This document shows positions 56,342-64,000 of a stretch of 64,000 nt of DNA, in pieces. The first letter of the stretch is position 1. Every line of letters starts with the position of its first letter. Source of the stretch: Bacteriovoracaceae bacterium UBA6166 (lineage in GTDB: Bacteria > Bdellovibrionota > Bacteriovoracia > Bacteriovoracales > Bacteriovoracaceae); contig DIUE01000068.1 in assembly GCA_002435795.1 (NCBI GenBank), positions 58,552 to 122,551 of the forward strand, in the 5' to 3' direction. Below the pieces are notes generated by a model, which worked only from the letters and a program-made list of their open reading frames with translations, was not told where the DNA came from and ran no database searches. A program made the position numbers and the translations under genes.

Positions 56342-56434
56342 GACTGTCTCTTTAGACTAGGAAGATTCTGCCATTAAGGGGCAAAACTTTCCTGGTCCCA
56401 CAGGGGCACCAGTCAATTTTTTGACCATTCCCCC

Positions 56435-56460
56435 AAAAAAAAGGGGGCTTAGAGCCCCCT
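56435..56460 (-). terminator. rho-independent terminator of hup
   Basis: agggggct (56442-49), tag, agccccct (56453-60), followed by U8 on the minus transcript (plus a-run 56435-42). Confidence 0.8.
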
Positions 56461-56491
56461 TCATTCTTACAAAATCTTACGATTTTGGAAA

Positions 56492-56770
56492 TTACATGAT
56501 TTCTTTCCAAGCCTTTCCTGGACGGAATTTTGGAAGAGTCTTAGCTTTAATTTTGATTTTCTCGCCAGTAGCAGGATTTACGCCCATACGAGCAGCTCTC
56601 TTAGCTTTTGTAAAAGTACCAAAACCAATCAAAGAAACGTCATCACCTTTCTTTACAGTTTTCTTGATCACGTCAAGCATGATTGCTACGAACTGGTCTG
56701 CATCTTTTTTTGTAAGATGAGTAAGGTCTTTGTCTTTAAGGACTGATTCAATAAGTTCTTTTCTGTTCAT
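56492..56770 (-). CDS. hup: HU family DNA-binding protein
   Basis: MNRKELIESV..., GFGTFTKAKRAARMGVNPATGEKIKIKA (HU arm). ATG at 56770 is preceded by GGGAG. Confidence 0.9.
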   Translation of the reverse strand: MNRKELIESVLKDKDLTHLTKKDADQFVAIMLDVIKKTVKKGDDVSLIGFGTFTKAKRAARMGVNPATGEKIKIKAKTLPKFRPGKAWKEIM

Positions 56771-56865
56771 TCTAACTCCCAATGGCTAGTGTTAATAGGC
56801 TATGAGAAAATCATGAATGCCGAGAAGCCGATTGACAATAGTTTTTTTGAAATTATTTTTTCTAA

Positions 56866-57315
56866 TTACTGATTCGCAAGTTTCTCTTGCCAAAGATAAA
56901 GTTCTTCTTCAAGTGCGACTCTTAAAGCCTCTAAGCATCGACTCATGATCATTTCACCTTTCACTTGCCCATCGATGCTCTCTTTCAAGACTCGTAAAAA
57001 AACGGGAGAGAGGTAGTGATAAAATTCGCTGAGAGCTTCCGTTGCTACGTCCTGCTCTAATTCCGCGAGTGAATTCAGATGGGTCTCTAGTCTAAAAAAA
57101 TCCTCTAACAAGCTTTCTAGGCTCTCATGCTCAAGACAATTCTTTAAATCTGAACAATAAGCAGTGGCAAAACTCTCCAAAGAAATATCTATGTTTTTCC
57201 TATGACGGTTGGCTTCGATCAGTTCATCCAAGCCATGGTAATGGAGACTCTCATTATAGAGATGAGAATTTTTTGATGCCTTATGTGCAAGACTCATTAA
57301 ATTTGAATAGTCCAT
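56866..57315 (-). CDS. hypothetical helical protein
   Basis: 149-aa acidic, helix-rich ORF. No motif recognised. Confidence 0.4.
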   Translation of the reverse strand: MDYSNLMSLAHKASKNSHLYNESLHYHGLDELIEANRHRKNIDISLESFATAYCSDLKNCLEHESLESLLEDFFRLETHLNSLAELEQDVATEALSEFYHYLSPVFLRVLKESIDGQVKGEMIMSRCLEALRVALEEELYLWQEKLANQ

Positions 57316-57327
57316 AAGCCTTCCTGT

Positions 57328-57366
57328 AAAAAAAAAGCCTCCCGTACAGTTTTCTGAGGGAGGCTT
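57328..57366 (-). terminator. rho-independent terminator after the dsbA-like gene
   Basis: agcctccc (57336-43) and gggaggct (57358-65) with a 14-nt loop and U9 on the minus transcript. T-runs on both sides, so it may be bidirectional. Confidence 0.7.
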
Positions 57367-57396
57367 TTTGAGTTTTAACTTAAGTAAAGGTTGATC

Positions 57397-58200
57397 TTAA
57401 AGAGTTAAACGCCCTCTGCTCTTAAGCTCTTCGATAATATCATCAAATGTTTTTGGAGGGTAAGCTCCTTTAATAGGCACACCATTAATCACAAAACCTG
57501 GAGTTCCTTGAATACCAAACTTCTCAGCTTCGGCCATATCTTCAGCAATTCTCTGCTTAACCTCTTCTGAGTTGATATCTTTCGCTAAACGCTTCATATC
57601 AGCACCAACCTTACCGGCCAGCTCTTTTAGGAAAGCTTCACCATTTTGCAATTTTCTTTGATCAGCGAAAATCATATCGTGAAACTTGAAAGCCTTCTCA
57701 TGATCTTGCAAGCGAATCGCTTCGTAATAACGAGAAGCAACCTCAGCTTGCTGGTGAAAGCTAAGTGGTAAATGCTTGTAGATAAATCTTAAGTTTTTTC
57801 CGTACTTCTTTTGAAGTGCTTGGACTGTCTGGAATCCACGAGCACAATAGCTGCACTCGAAATCTGAGTATTCAACGAGCGTAATAGGGGCGTCTTTATC
57901 ACCACGAATAGCTTCATCTGCACGAATTGTTGGCTCAAGTGGATTTTCCATCGAGTCTAATAATTGCTTCTTCTCAGCTTCTTCTTGTTGCTTCTTCATA
58001 TCATTTTGTGCATCAGCTACTGCCTCTTGCATTGTTTGAATAAAAAGCGCTGGGTTAGCCTTAATCCAATCAGTGATAATTTCTGGATTGTCTTTTAGGC
58101 TTTTAGACATCTTTTCAGCGAACTGTTGATCTGAAAGACAGCTAGTCGATAGCAGAAGAACCATCATGAGGGGAAGAGGCAATTTTTTGAGTGCAAACAT
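57397..58200 (-). CDS. DsbA-family thiol:disulfide oxidoreductase lipoprotein
   Basis: Lipobox LLSTSC, thioredoxin-fold CxxC (FECSYCARG), ..GTPGFVINGV... Start at MFALKKL is preceded by AAGGAA. Confidence 0.85.
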   Translation of the reverse strand: MFALKKLPLPLMMVLLLSTSCLSDQQFAEKMSKSLKDNPEIITDWIKANPALFIQTMQEAVADAQNDMKKQQEEAEKKQLLDSMENPLEPTIRADEAIRGDKDAPITLVEYSDFECSYCARGFQTVQALQKKYGKNLRFIYKHLPLSFHQQAEVASRYYEAIRLQDHEKAFKFHDMIFADQRKLQNGEAFLKELAGKVGADMKRLAKDINSEEVKQRIAEDMAEAEKFGIQGTPGFVINGVPIKGAYPPKTFDDIIEELKSRGRLTL

Positions 58201-58305
58201 CTTTGTTCCTTGGTTTAGCAAAAGGTTCGTATTAAGTATTATCGGTTGAGATTCACTTTATTTTGTCAGAGAATTGTAAAATTTCATACCCTTAATCATT
58301 AACAA

Positions 58306-59295
58306 TTAAGAAGATGAGTCGTTTCGGGTCAACTCTCGCTCCATAAAGTCTAGATACTTATTAAAGAGCCGACATTGTGGACGAATATAATAATACCCGA
58401 TCAAATGAACCCGGTTTGAATAACTTCCTCGCAAAAAGGCTCGCATGGTGGCAAACAACCCAAAGGCCGGGGCACTCACACAAGAATAAAGGTACAAGGA
58501 AAGAAGAAGATAAGCACAAAAATGGATTGTCATAAAGACGTACAAACTTGTTTCCCAAATGGTGGACTGGGCACTCAAAAAATATTTCACTTCGTTGGTA
58601 CTAGGAATCACATTCTGGGCCAGATCAATCACGCCCTCATAAACCCCTACCGCCATGGCAATCAATAAGACACCGGTAGACAAAGAGATCATCAAAATCA
58701 GTAAAAAAAACTGCAAGAAAAAGCCCTTCTCAAAGACAGGCTGATGAATGCGAGAATATTTTAAGGGAACCTCTAGTTGGGGTAGCTGTTTTTGTTTAAA
58801 GCTATTTTCCATCGCATTAAAAAAATACTCGCTGAACCTTGCTAGTAAATTAAGGTCTGAAAAAAAGTCCGGATCATAGGAAGTGTGCTTTCCATTTACA
58901 AAACTCTCGCAGTAATCACCTATCAAACGAAAAGGTCTGAGCAAAAGGTCGCCAATATAAATCCCAACGAGAAAAACAAAAATCAGACTAAGCCCAATAT
59001 AGAGGAAATATTCTAGGAGGGTTGCAGTCATAAAATCATAAAAGATCGCCGTAAACTCTTGCGCTCCCGGGTATCCTTGAGATTGAAAGAACAAGAGATC
59101 AAAAGCGAGAATAGAATAGAGTGCCGTTACAACTAAGATAAAAGTCAGACAAGTGATAGCGGTCACCTGCATTCCAACAGTCAGTCTAAAGCGAGCTTCC
59201 CCGTCTTTGGAAAATTGACGAAAGCTCTTGAGAACAAGAGCAAAAAAGTTTTTTAGACGTTTCAGTAAACTTTCTCTATCCATTTTATTTTCCAT
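58306..59295 (-). CDS. polytopic membrane protein with two HAMP-like linker segments, unknown function
   Basis: Two blocks of two TM helices. Each is followed by a Pro-initiated amphipathic segment (LLRPFRLIGDYCESFVNGKHTS; SAPAFGLFATMRAFLRGSYSNRVHL). No further domain. Confidence 0.45.
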   Translation of the reverse strand: MENKMDRESLLKRLKNFFALVLKSFRQFSKDGEARFRLTVGMQVTAITCLTFILVVTALYSILAFDLLFFQSQGYPGAQEFTAIFYDFMTATLLEYFLYIGLSLIFVFLVGIYIGDLLLRPFRLIGDYCESFVNGKHTSYDPDFFSDLNLLARFSEYFFNAMENSFKQKQLPQLEVPLKYSRIHQPVFEKGFFLQFFLLILMISLSTGVLLIAMAVGVYEGVIDLAQNVIPSTNEVKYFLSAQSTIWETSLYVFMTIHFCAYLLLSLYLYSCVSAPAFGLFATMRAFLRGSYSNRVHLIGYYYIRPQCRLFNKYLDFMERELTRNDSSS

Positions 59296-59329
59296 AACTT
59301 AGCTGATTTTAGCTTATCGCCTAAAAGGA

Positions 59330-59406
59330 CTCAATCTTTAATAATAATCAACCGATAAAAGAAAGAGTTCAAAAAAACTCAAGAAATTGTAGATAGTCTC
59401 CGATAA
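59330..59406 (+). promoter_or_regulatory. two tandem sigma-28 (FliA)-like promoter motifs
   Basis: CTCAA-N17-CCGATAA occurs twice with identical spacing (59330-59358 and 59378-59406). Compare the TAAA-N15-GCCGATAA consensus. Plus orientation, 60-110 nt upstream of the ATG at 59467. Confidence 0.35.
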
Positions 59407-59466
59407 TTAAACAGAGAAGAAATCTTGGGATCTTAATACACTCAAGAGTGATGAAAGGAGTTTCGC

Positions 59467-60165
59467 ATGTCATATCAACCTTTGAATCGGTTGGTCTTAA
59501 AGAGAATAAGCCCCCTATTGGGTCTCTCCATTCTCTGTCTTTTAGCTACATCTTGTGGTGATAAAGAAAACAAGATCAGTGACAATAATACTGGAGTTAC
59601 TCCTCTCCAGAACAATAATGGCAGCCAATATTTGCCAAATTTTACCGGAAGTCAGTCGACTCAAATTCAACAAATAAAATCAAGTTTTCCTTGTAAACAA
59701 GGTCAAAGACTTTCACAAGATTTTACCTTTCAAACACAAGGTTTTAATCCTGCTGGAACCCGTACAAATATTACCGGGCCTTTCCAACAAGGCAATAGCT
59801 CAGGTACTGTTAACAAGATCTATGTTGGAGTGAGTTCATTTAACGATATTATGGTTGTCAGCAAGGCCACAAATGGAACCCAAGTTTCAGGTTATAGTGT
59901 TACCCTCTCAATGTGCTCATATGTAGGGCAAGATGGCACTCCTTACATCCATAACTCAAGACCACTTACAAACTTCGCTGCTCAAGGTGGCATCACTCTT
60001 GATGAAGACACTCATTGTGGAGTTGGAAGTGTTGACGCTGCTTTTAATACTGTCGTTCAATCAGCTGCAACGACGTATAATCATCCACAGGGCTATCCAA
60101 TTCAATTGCCAGCTTTTAATGCTGTCACAACTTTCTATAAGCCAAGCTGTAACGGAAGTTACTAG
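59467..60165 (+). CDS. lipoprotein, N/Q/S/T-rich, unknown function
   Basis: Signal peptide plus lipobox LLATSC, GGAG RBS, 232 aa with several further Cys residues. No motif recognised. Confidence 0.55.
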   Translation: MSYQPLNRLVLKRISPLLGLSILCLLATSCGDKENKISDNNTGVTPLQNNNGSQYLPNFTGSQSTQIQQIKSSFPCKQGQRLSQDFTFQTQGFNPAGTRTNITGPFQQGNSSGTVNKIYVGVSSFNDIMVVSKATNGTQVSGYSVTLSMCSYVGQDGTPYIHNSRPLTNFAAQGGITLDEDTHCGVGSVDAAFNTVVQSAATTYNHPQGYPIQLPAFNAVTTFYKPSCNGSY

Positions 60166-60186
60166 AAACTCAGTAGAGAGTTTCTA
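60163..60186. terminator. short hairpin covering both convergent stop codons
   Basis: tagaaact (60163-70), cagtagag, agtttcta (60179-86). 8-bp stem, no clear U-run. Confidence 0.3.
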
Positions 60187-61384
60187 ATTTATGACCAGGA
60201 TAATAATGGGAAAGAATTTCTGAAAATTTCTTTCCCTTGTCTGCCATTCCCAGTGCCCCAATCTGACAAAGCCCCACTCCATGACCTCTTCCTTGACCAT
60301 GGATATGTAGATCATTTGCCACAAAATGAGCTTGGAAATTATTTGATTCAAAATCGACTCGACCAAAATAGCGGCGAAAAAGAGATTTATTAAAAGTTAA
60401 TTGCTTGCCATCGATAAACATTCTAAGCGTCGCCGTTTCGGGCATATCGGTTCCCAGAGAAATTCGACTAGCAGATGTCACCGCTTTCGGTAGCTTTAAA
60501 TAGTTCTTTTCGTGGGCCCAATTTAAAAAGGACACAATCCGATCTTTTTTAATTTCTGTCCCCCATCCATTCAGCGCTCCCCTACCGTGACAATAAGGAT
60601 CTCTCACTGATTTATAGCTTGGAATTTTAGAAGTCCAAACCATATGGGGCTGAAGGGTGTGACCGCCGCATTTGGCATGAAAGAAAGTCTCAGTAAGTTC
60701 TCCATTTAGAGTTTTAAGAATCATTCCCCGGGTGGCGCGAGTCGCTTCTAAAGTTCGCTCTGTTACGTCGAAAAAAGTCCCTGAAACTTGATGGCGCTCG
60801 GAGCTTTCAAGATCATAAAAACTTTCAAAGCCTTTAAGTTCGGAAACCTGTTGAGTCATAATTTTATGATAGGCGTAGGTTCTAGCGGCCACTGCTTGGG
60901 CCTTCAACGCTTCTATAGACCAAGAAGCATTCATCTCTTTGGCAAGCAGTGTACTGATATAGTCCTCGAGTGTTGTGACATGAACGACATCACAAGATTC
61001 ATTTTTTGTGGAAGAAACAATCTTGAGAGTTCCTGTGAATCGATGATCAGCTAGACTCAAAAGGCCTGTTTGCGAGACGAGCGAAGCCAATAGAAGAGGT
61101 TTTCCATCAGTGATTTCAGCTTTATTTTTTTGTCCAAAACCTTGGCAATTAAAACGAATACTTTTTCGACCGGGAAAAACTTTTTCGTCTTCATTTACAT
61201 GTATTTTTCTAAAAAGATCGGTTCCAGAAATAATCACTTCAGACAGCGCTTGTGCCACTCGCACTCTAATAGTTGGTTCGATGATTTTTTCAGGTTGCCT
61301 TGGAGGAGCAGGCTTGAATTCTGGAGGTCCTAGGCTGGCAAAAACTTGGCCTGACCATAATATGAGGAAGAATAAATTCTTCAA
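60170..61384 (-). CDS. SpoIID/LytB domain protein (peptidoglycan-remodelling)
   Basis: LEDYISTLLAKEMNASWSIEALKAQAVAARTYA, FHAKCGGHT, GHGVGLCQ: SpoIID/LytB signatures. Signal peptide present. Confidence 0.88.
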   Translation of the reverse strand: MKNLFFLILWSGQVFASLGPPEFKPAPPRQPEKIIEPTIRVRVAQALSEVIISGTDLFRKIHVNEDEKVFPGRKSIRFNCQGFGQKNKAEITDGKPLLLASLVSQTGLLSLADHRFTGTLKIVSSTKNESCDVVHVTTLEDYISTLLAKEMNASWSIEALKAQAVAARTYAYHKIMTQQVSELKGFESFYDLESSERHQVSGTFFDVTERTLEATRATRGMILKTLNGELTETFFHAKCGGHTLQPHMVWTSKIPSYKSVRDPYCHGRGALNGWGTEIKKDRIVSFLNWAHEKNYLKLPKAVTSASRISLGTDMPETATLRMFIDGKQLTFNKSLFRRYFGRVDFESNNFQAHFVANDLHIHGQGRGHGVGLCQIGALGMADKGKKFSEILSHYYPGHKLETLY

Positions 61385-61466
61385 GATCTAACCATCCTGG
61401 TTTTTACAGTCTGAGGCAGCTAATCCGTGCTTACCTTTCTTTCACTTTCTATAGTCTAGAGGTTTT

Positions 61467-62231
61467 TTAAGAATTTAAAAAGGACATTATCTTTTTAAGG
61501 TCATTCCACGTGGCTTCTTTCATTTTGGGATTAATCAGAAGAAATTCAGGATGAAAAATTGGAACAAATTGGAATTGAGATTCAACCCCATCTGAAAAGA
61601 CCAAGTCCATGGCAAAAAATTGACCGTGTATTCGAGACAGTCTCTCCTTTTCACCAAGTAAGAGATTTGTCACCAAGGCACCAAGGCAAACGACAATCTT
61701 GGGTTTTAACTTAGCAATATGAAGTAAAACATTCTCAAGCCACTCTCCGAGCTCTGCTTCTTCTTCAACCACAGCAAGTCTGCGATGATCTCCGATCTTC
61801 ATGGCTTGAATCATTTTTGTCAGCATCAGCTTCTGCTCTTCTTTTAAAGTTTCACCGATAAAAAGCGTGAGATCCTGTGTTGTCGCAGGAGTTAAGTCGC
61901 AAAGTGGATTTTTGATGGGACTTGAAATGGGATAACTCAGCTCTCTTCTGCGTTGGTTTTGAGCAGGCTTCAACCCAATTTCCCCACCGGGAAAAACGAT
62001 CTTAGGAGCTTCCTCTAACTTCTCTTCTGTGAATTTTTTAAGACCTTGCAATACCTGAGTTTTTTCATCAGCCTTAATAACTTCATTTTGTTCGCTGCGA
62101 GGATCGGGCACTTCTGCTTCTTCTGGGCCACTCGAAAAGAAGGCAGGCTTTGGGCCTAGTAAGGCGTTAGCAAACCTTGGCTTGCCGGATTGTAGGCTAG
62201 AATTGCGCAATTTTTCGAAGACATCACTCAT
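61467..62231 (-). CDS. uracil-DNA glycosylase-fold protein, divergent
   Basis: C-terminal half resembles family 4/5 UDGs (IVVCLGALVTNLLLG...IHGQFF...VPIFHPEFLLINPKMKEATWNDL). Motif A is not canonical and there is no Fe-S Cys set. The N-terminal roughly 110 aa look disordered. Confidence 0.45.
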   Translation of the reverse strand: MSDVFEKLRNSSLQSGKPRFANALLGPKPAFFSSGPEEAEVPDPRSEQNEVIKADEKTQVLQGLKKFTEEKLEEAPKIVFPGGEIGLKPAQNQRRRELSYPISSPIKNPLCDLTPATTQDLTLFIGETLKEEQKLMLTKMIQAMKIGDHRRLAVVEEEAELGEWLENVLLHIAKLKPKIVVCLGALVTNLLLGEKERLSRIHGQFFAMDLVFSDGVESQFQFVPIFHPEFLLINPKMKEATWNDLKKIMSFLNS

Positions 62232-62352
62232 GGGTTTTATCTATCAAAAGATGGATGTTTTGACCTAGGGAAAATTCGCCTTAGTCGAAAGCTCAAAACT
62301 AACTAACCGTAAAGTCGACTTATGTCGCACCGAAAAGAAAGAGTAACCCTGC

Positions 62353-62373
62353 TCGAAGCTAATAAAGCTTCGA
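62353..62373 (+). other. 8-bp perfect hairpin in the 5' region of the small zinc-ribbon gene
   Basis: tcgaagct, aataa, agcttcga, about 20 nt upstream of the GGAG RBS of the ORF at 62395. Confidence 0.4.
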
Positions 62374-62394
62374 CCCCAGCCTGGAGAAACTAGC

Positions 62395-62607
62395 ATGGCA
62401 TTCGACCCAGACTTCAAATTCGAGAAATTCGAAGAGTATTACGGTGATGTTAAACAAGTGAAAAAGATTATCAATGAATGCAAAATTTGTGGTGCCAAGC
62501 TAGTTCAGTCCCACCTATCCGATTATAAAAATCTCATCGTTCAAGAAACTGCTCGCTGTCCTGAATGCGGTAGCGGCAATCGCAAGATGATTCATATTCT
62601 CAATTAA
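62395..62607 (+). CDS. small zinc-ribbon protein (70 aa)
   Basis: CKICGAKL...x26...CPECGSG Cys4 pattern, GGAG RBS, followed by an intrinsic terminator. Confidence 0.45.
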   Translation: MAFDPDFKFEKFEEYYGDVKQVKKIINECKICGAKLVQSHLSDYKNLIVQETARCPECGSGNRKMIHILN

Positions 62608-62614
62608 AATGAGA

Positions 62615-62648
62615 GGGTCCAGCTATTCTTCGGCTGGGCCCTTTTTTA
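62615..62648 (+). terminator. rho-independent terminator of the small zinc-ribbon gene
   Basis: gggtccagc (62615-23) pairs with gctgggccc (62633-41) with one G-U pair, then cttttttaaa. Overlaps the last codons of convergent uvrC. Confidence 0.6.
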
Positions 62649-64000
62649 AATGATCTTTAATCTTCTCAATCATTTTTTCAGAAACTCCCCACTCTAAAGC
62701 CAGCTCCCTCCCAGAAATTTCCAGAATTTCAGCTTGAGTGTATTTAATCTTGGACTGGATTTTTTTCTTTGTGACATCCCCAATACCTTCAATTTCATCA
62801 AGCCATGACTGAAAAGTTCTTTTCTTTTCTTGATGATGATGAAGCCTTCTAGAAAAGCGATGGGCCTCATCACGCATTTGAACAATCAATCTGAAAAGCC
62901 CAGGGGTCTTAGCCAAAATATAGGGATTCGATCGGCCTGGAATAATCAATCGCTCTTCCGATTTTAAGACTTCAGCGTTTTGAAACTGAGATTCCCCGCC
63001 CTTTGTTTTAGATTTTGCAATTCCGACAACGGGAATAGAAATCTTAAAATCTCTCAATACGGCGAGAAACATATTCACCTGACCGACTCCACCGTCGACA
63101 ATAAAAACATCTGGAAGATCTCCATGTTTGATCCGTCGTTCGAGAATTTCTGTCATCATGGCAAAATCGTTATTGCCCTCAGGACGTTCTTCAAGATGAA
63201 AATGGCGGTATTTTTCTTTAACAGGCCGCCCTTCCTCAAATACAATCTGCGCGGCCGTTGGAGATGTGCCTTGGAAAATGGCGACATCATAACACTCTAA
63301 GCGACGAGGGCGCTCTGGCATATTAAGTAGCTCTTGTAGCTTGGCGTGAGCGAGATGAAGACTCTCACTATTTTTTAAACGAAAACGTTGTGACTCGAGT
63401 GCTTGATCTTGAGTTAAACGCAACATGGACTGTAAAAGTGTCGTGGGCCTTCTGACTTTCATCGGCCCAATAGTTTTTAAGCCCTCTTGCAAAAGATCTT
63501 TTCGCTCTCTAGAAATTTCAAGATAGATTTTTTCAGGATAAGAATCGTGAGTCGAACTATAGTAGTCCATCAAGAAGCGAACGATTTCTTCTTCCGGCTC
63601 TAAGAAATCTAAATTCATTTCCACAATTGGATAATGGAAGTTTTTATGACCGAGCATCAAGCCGTTTCTCACCATCGTAATCGTCATATCGACTTCATGT
63701 TCACCAGTGTGAGTGGCAATCAGATCAATATTCTCGTCACCTCGAGGCAACTCGGCATAGCGCTGTCTTCCTTCTTCAAGAAATTCGTTTAAAAGATTTT
63801 TGTGATCTCTAAGATGAGCAGCTAACTCAAATTGCTCAAGCTCTGAAGCCTCTTCCATCATCAATTGAATATGATCTAAAGTTTCAGTAGGCTTTCCTCG
63901 TAAAAACTGCAAAGCCATTTCTAAGTTTTTTGCATAAGCCTCTTTTGAAATTTTCTCAACACAGGGAGCGGAACATTGCTTCATTTGATAAAGCAAACAC
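62623..64000 (-). CDS. uvrC: excinuclease ABC subunit C, N-terminus outside window
   Basis: ORF open to the window edge. ..MKQCSAPCV.. (after GIY-YIG), UVR domain (FELAAHLRD), RNase H-like endonuclease region (ECYDVA.., VDGG.GQ) and C-terminal HhH (IEGIGDVTKKKI). Confidence 0.93.
   Translation of the reverse strand, partial: CLLYQMKQCSAPCVEKISKEAYAKNLEMALQFLRGKPTETLDHIQLMMEEASELEQFELAAHLRDHKNLLNEFLEEGRQRYAELPRGDENIDLIATHTGEHEVDMTITMVRNGLMLGHKNFHYPIVEMNLDFLEPEEEIVRFLMDYYSSTHDSYPEKIYLEISRERKDLLQEGLKTIGPMKVRRPTTLLQSMLRLTQDQALESQRFRLKNSESLHLAHAKLQELLNMPERPRRLECYDVAIFQGTSPTAAQIVFEEGRPVKEKYRHFHLEERPEGNNDFAMMTEILERRIKHGDLPDVFIVDGGVGQVNMFLAVLRDFKISIPVVGIAKSKTKGGESQFQNAEVLKSEERLIIPGRSNPYILAKTPGLFRLIVQMRDEAHRFSRRLHHHQEKKRTFQSWLDEIEGIGDVTKKKIQSKIKYTQAEILEISGRELALEWGVSEKMIEKIKDHLKKGPAEE

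Overview
About 64 kb of densely coding chromosome from a moderately AT-rich (by eye), flagellated diderm bacterium. I found no rRNA, tRNA, CRISPR array, integrase, DDE transposase or prophage-like block. Many secreted serine proteases and orphan lipoproteins, a GnnA-position dehydrogenase in the lipid A operon and the flagellar layout are reminiscent of Bdellovibrio-and-like predators, but this needs a database search to confirm.

Layout:
- 1-12.6 kb: mixed envelope and housekeeping genes (mltG, S8 protease, lnt, kdsD, suhB, yacG).
- 11.8-18.8 kb: pantothenate/CoA block (class IV aminotransferase-like, ilvC-like, panB, coaX, coaBC, panC), then hflX.
- 18.9-23.4 kb: DUF3015/DUF4105 pair, orphan receiver, small proteins, trypsin-like protease.
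- 23.6-25.3 kb: rpsA.
- 25.5-39.9 kb, minus strand, tightly packed with frequent start/stop overlaps: ybeY-prfB-lolC/E-lolD, then bamA-skp-lpxD-fabZ-lpxA-(Gfo/Idh/MocA)-lpxB-lpxK-lipoprotein-glycosyltransferase.
- 39.9-41.4 kb: mazG and coaE.
- 41.5-56.2 kb, minus strand: flagellar export/switch operon fliL-M-N-(O-like)-P-Q-R-flhB-A-F-G-fliA plus two unassignable downstream genes.
- 56.5-64 kb: hup, dsbA-like, orphan membrane and lipoprotein genes, spoIID/lytB-like, UDG-like, uvrC (partial).

I see no canonical defence or mobile system. The least explained part is the flagellar operon tail:
- FlhF has degenerate GTPase motifs.
- The FliO-like protein is enlarged by an AMIN-like domain.
- A 768-aa sensor-shaped protein with no output domain and a 313-aa orphan sit downstream of fliA.

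Other points are a lolC/E gene with no canonical start codon, the prfB +1 frameshift, tandem sigma-28-like promoters, and several perfect palindromes and repeats. All functional calls come from motif recognition by eye, not from searches.
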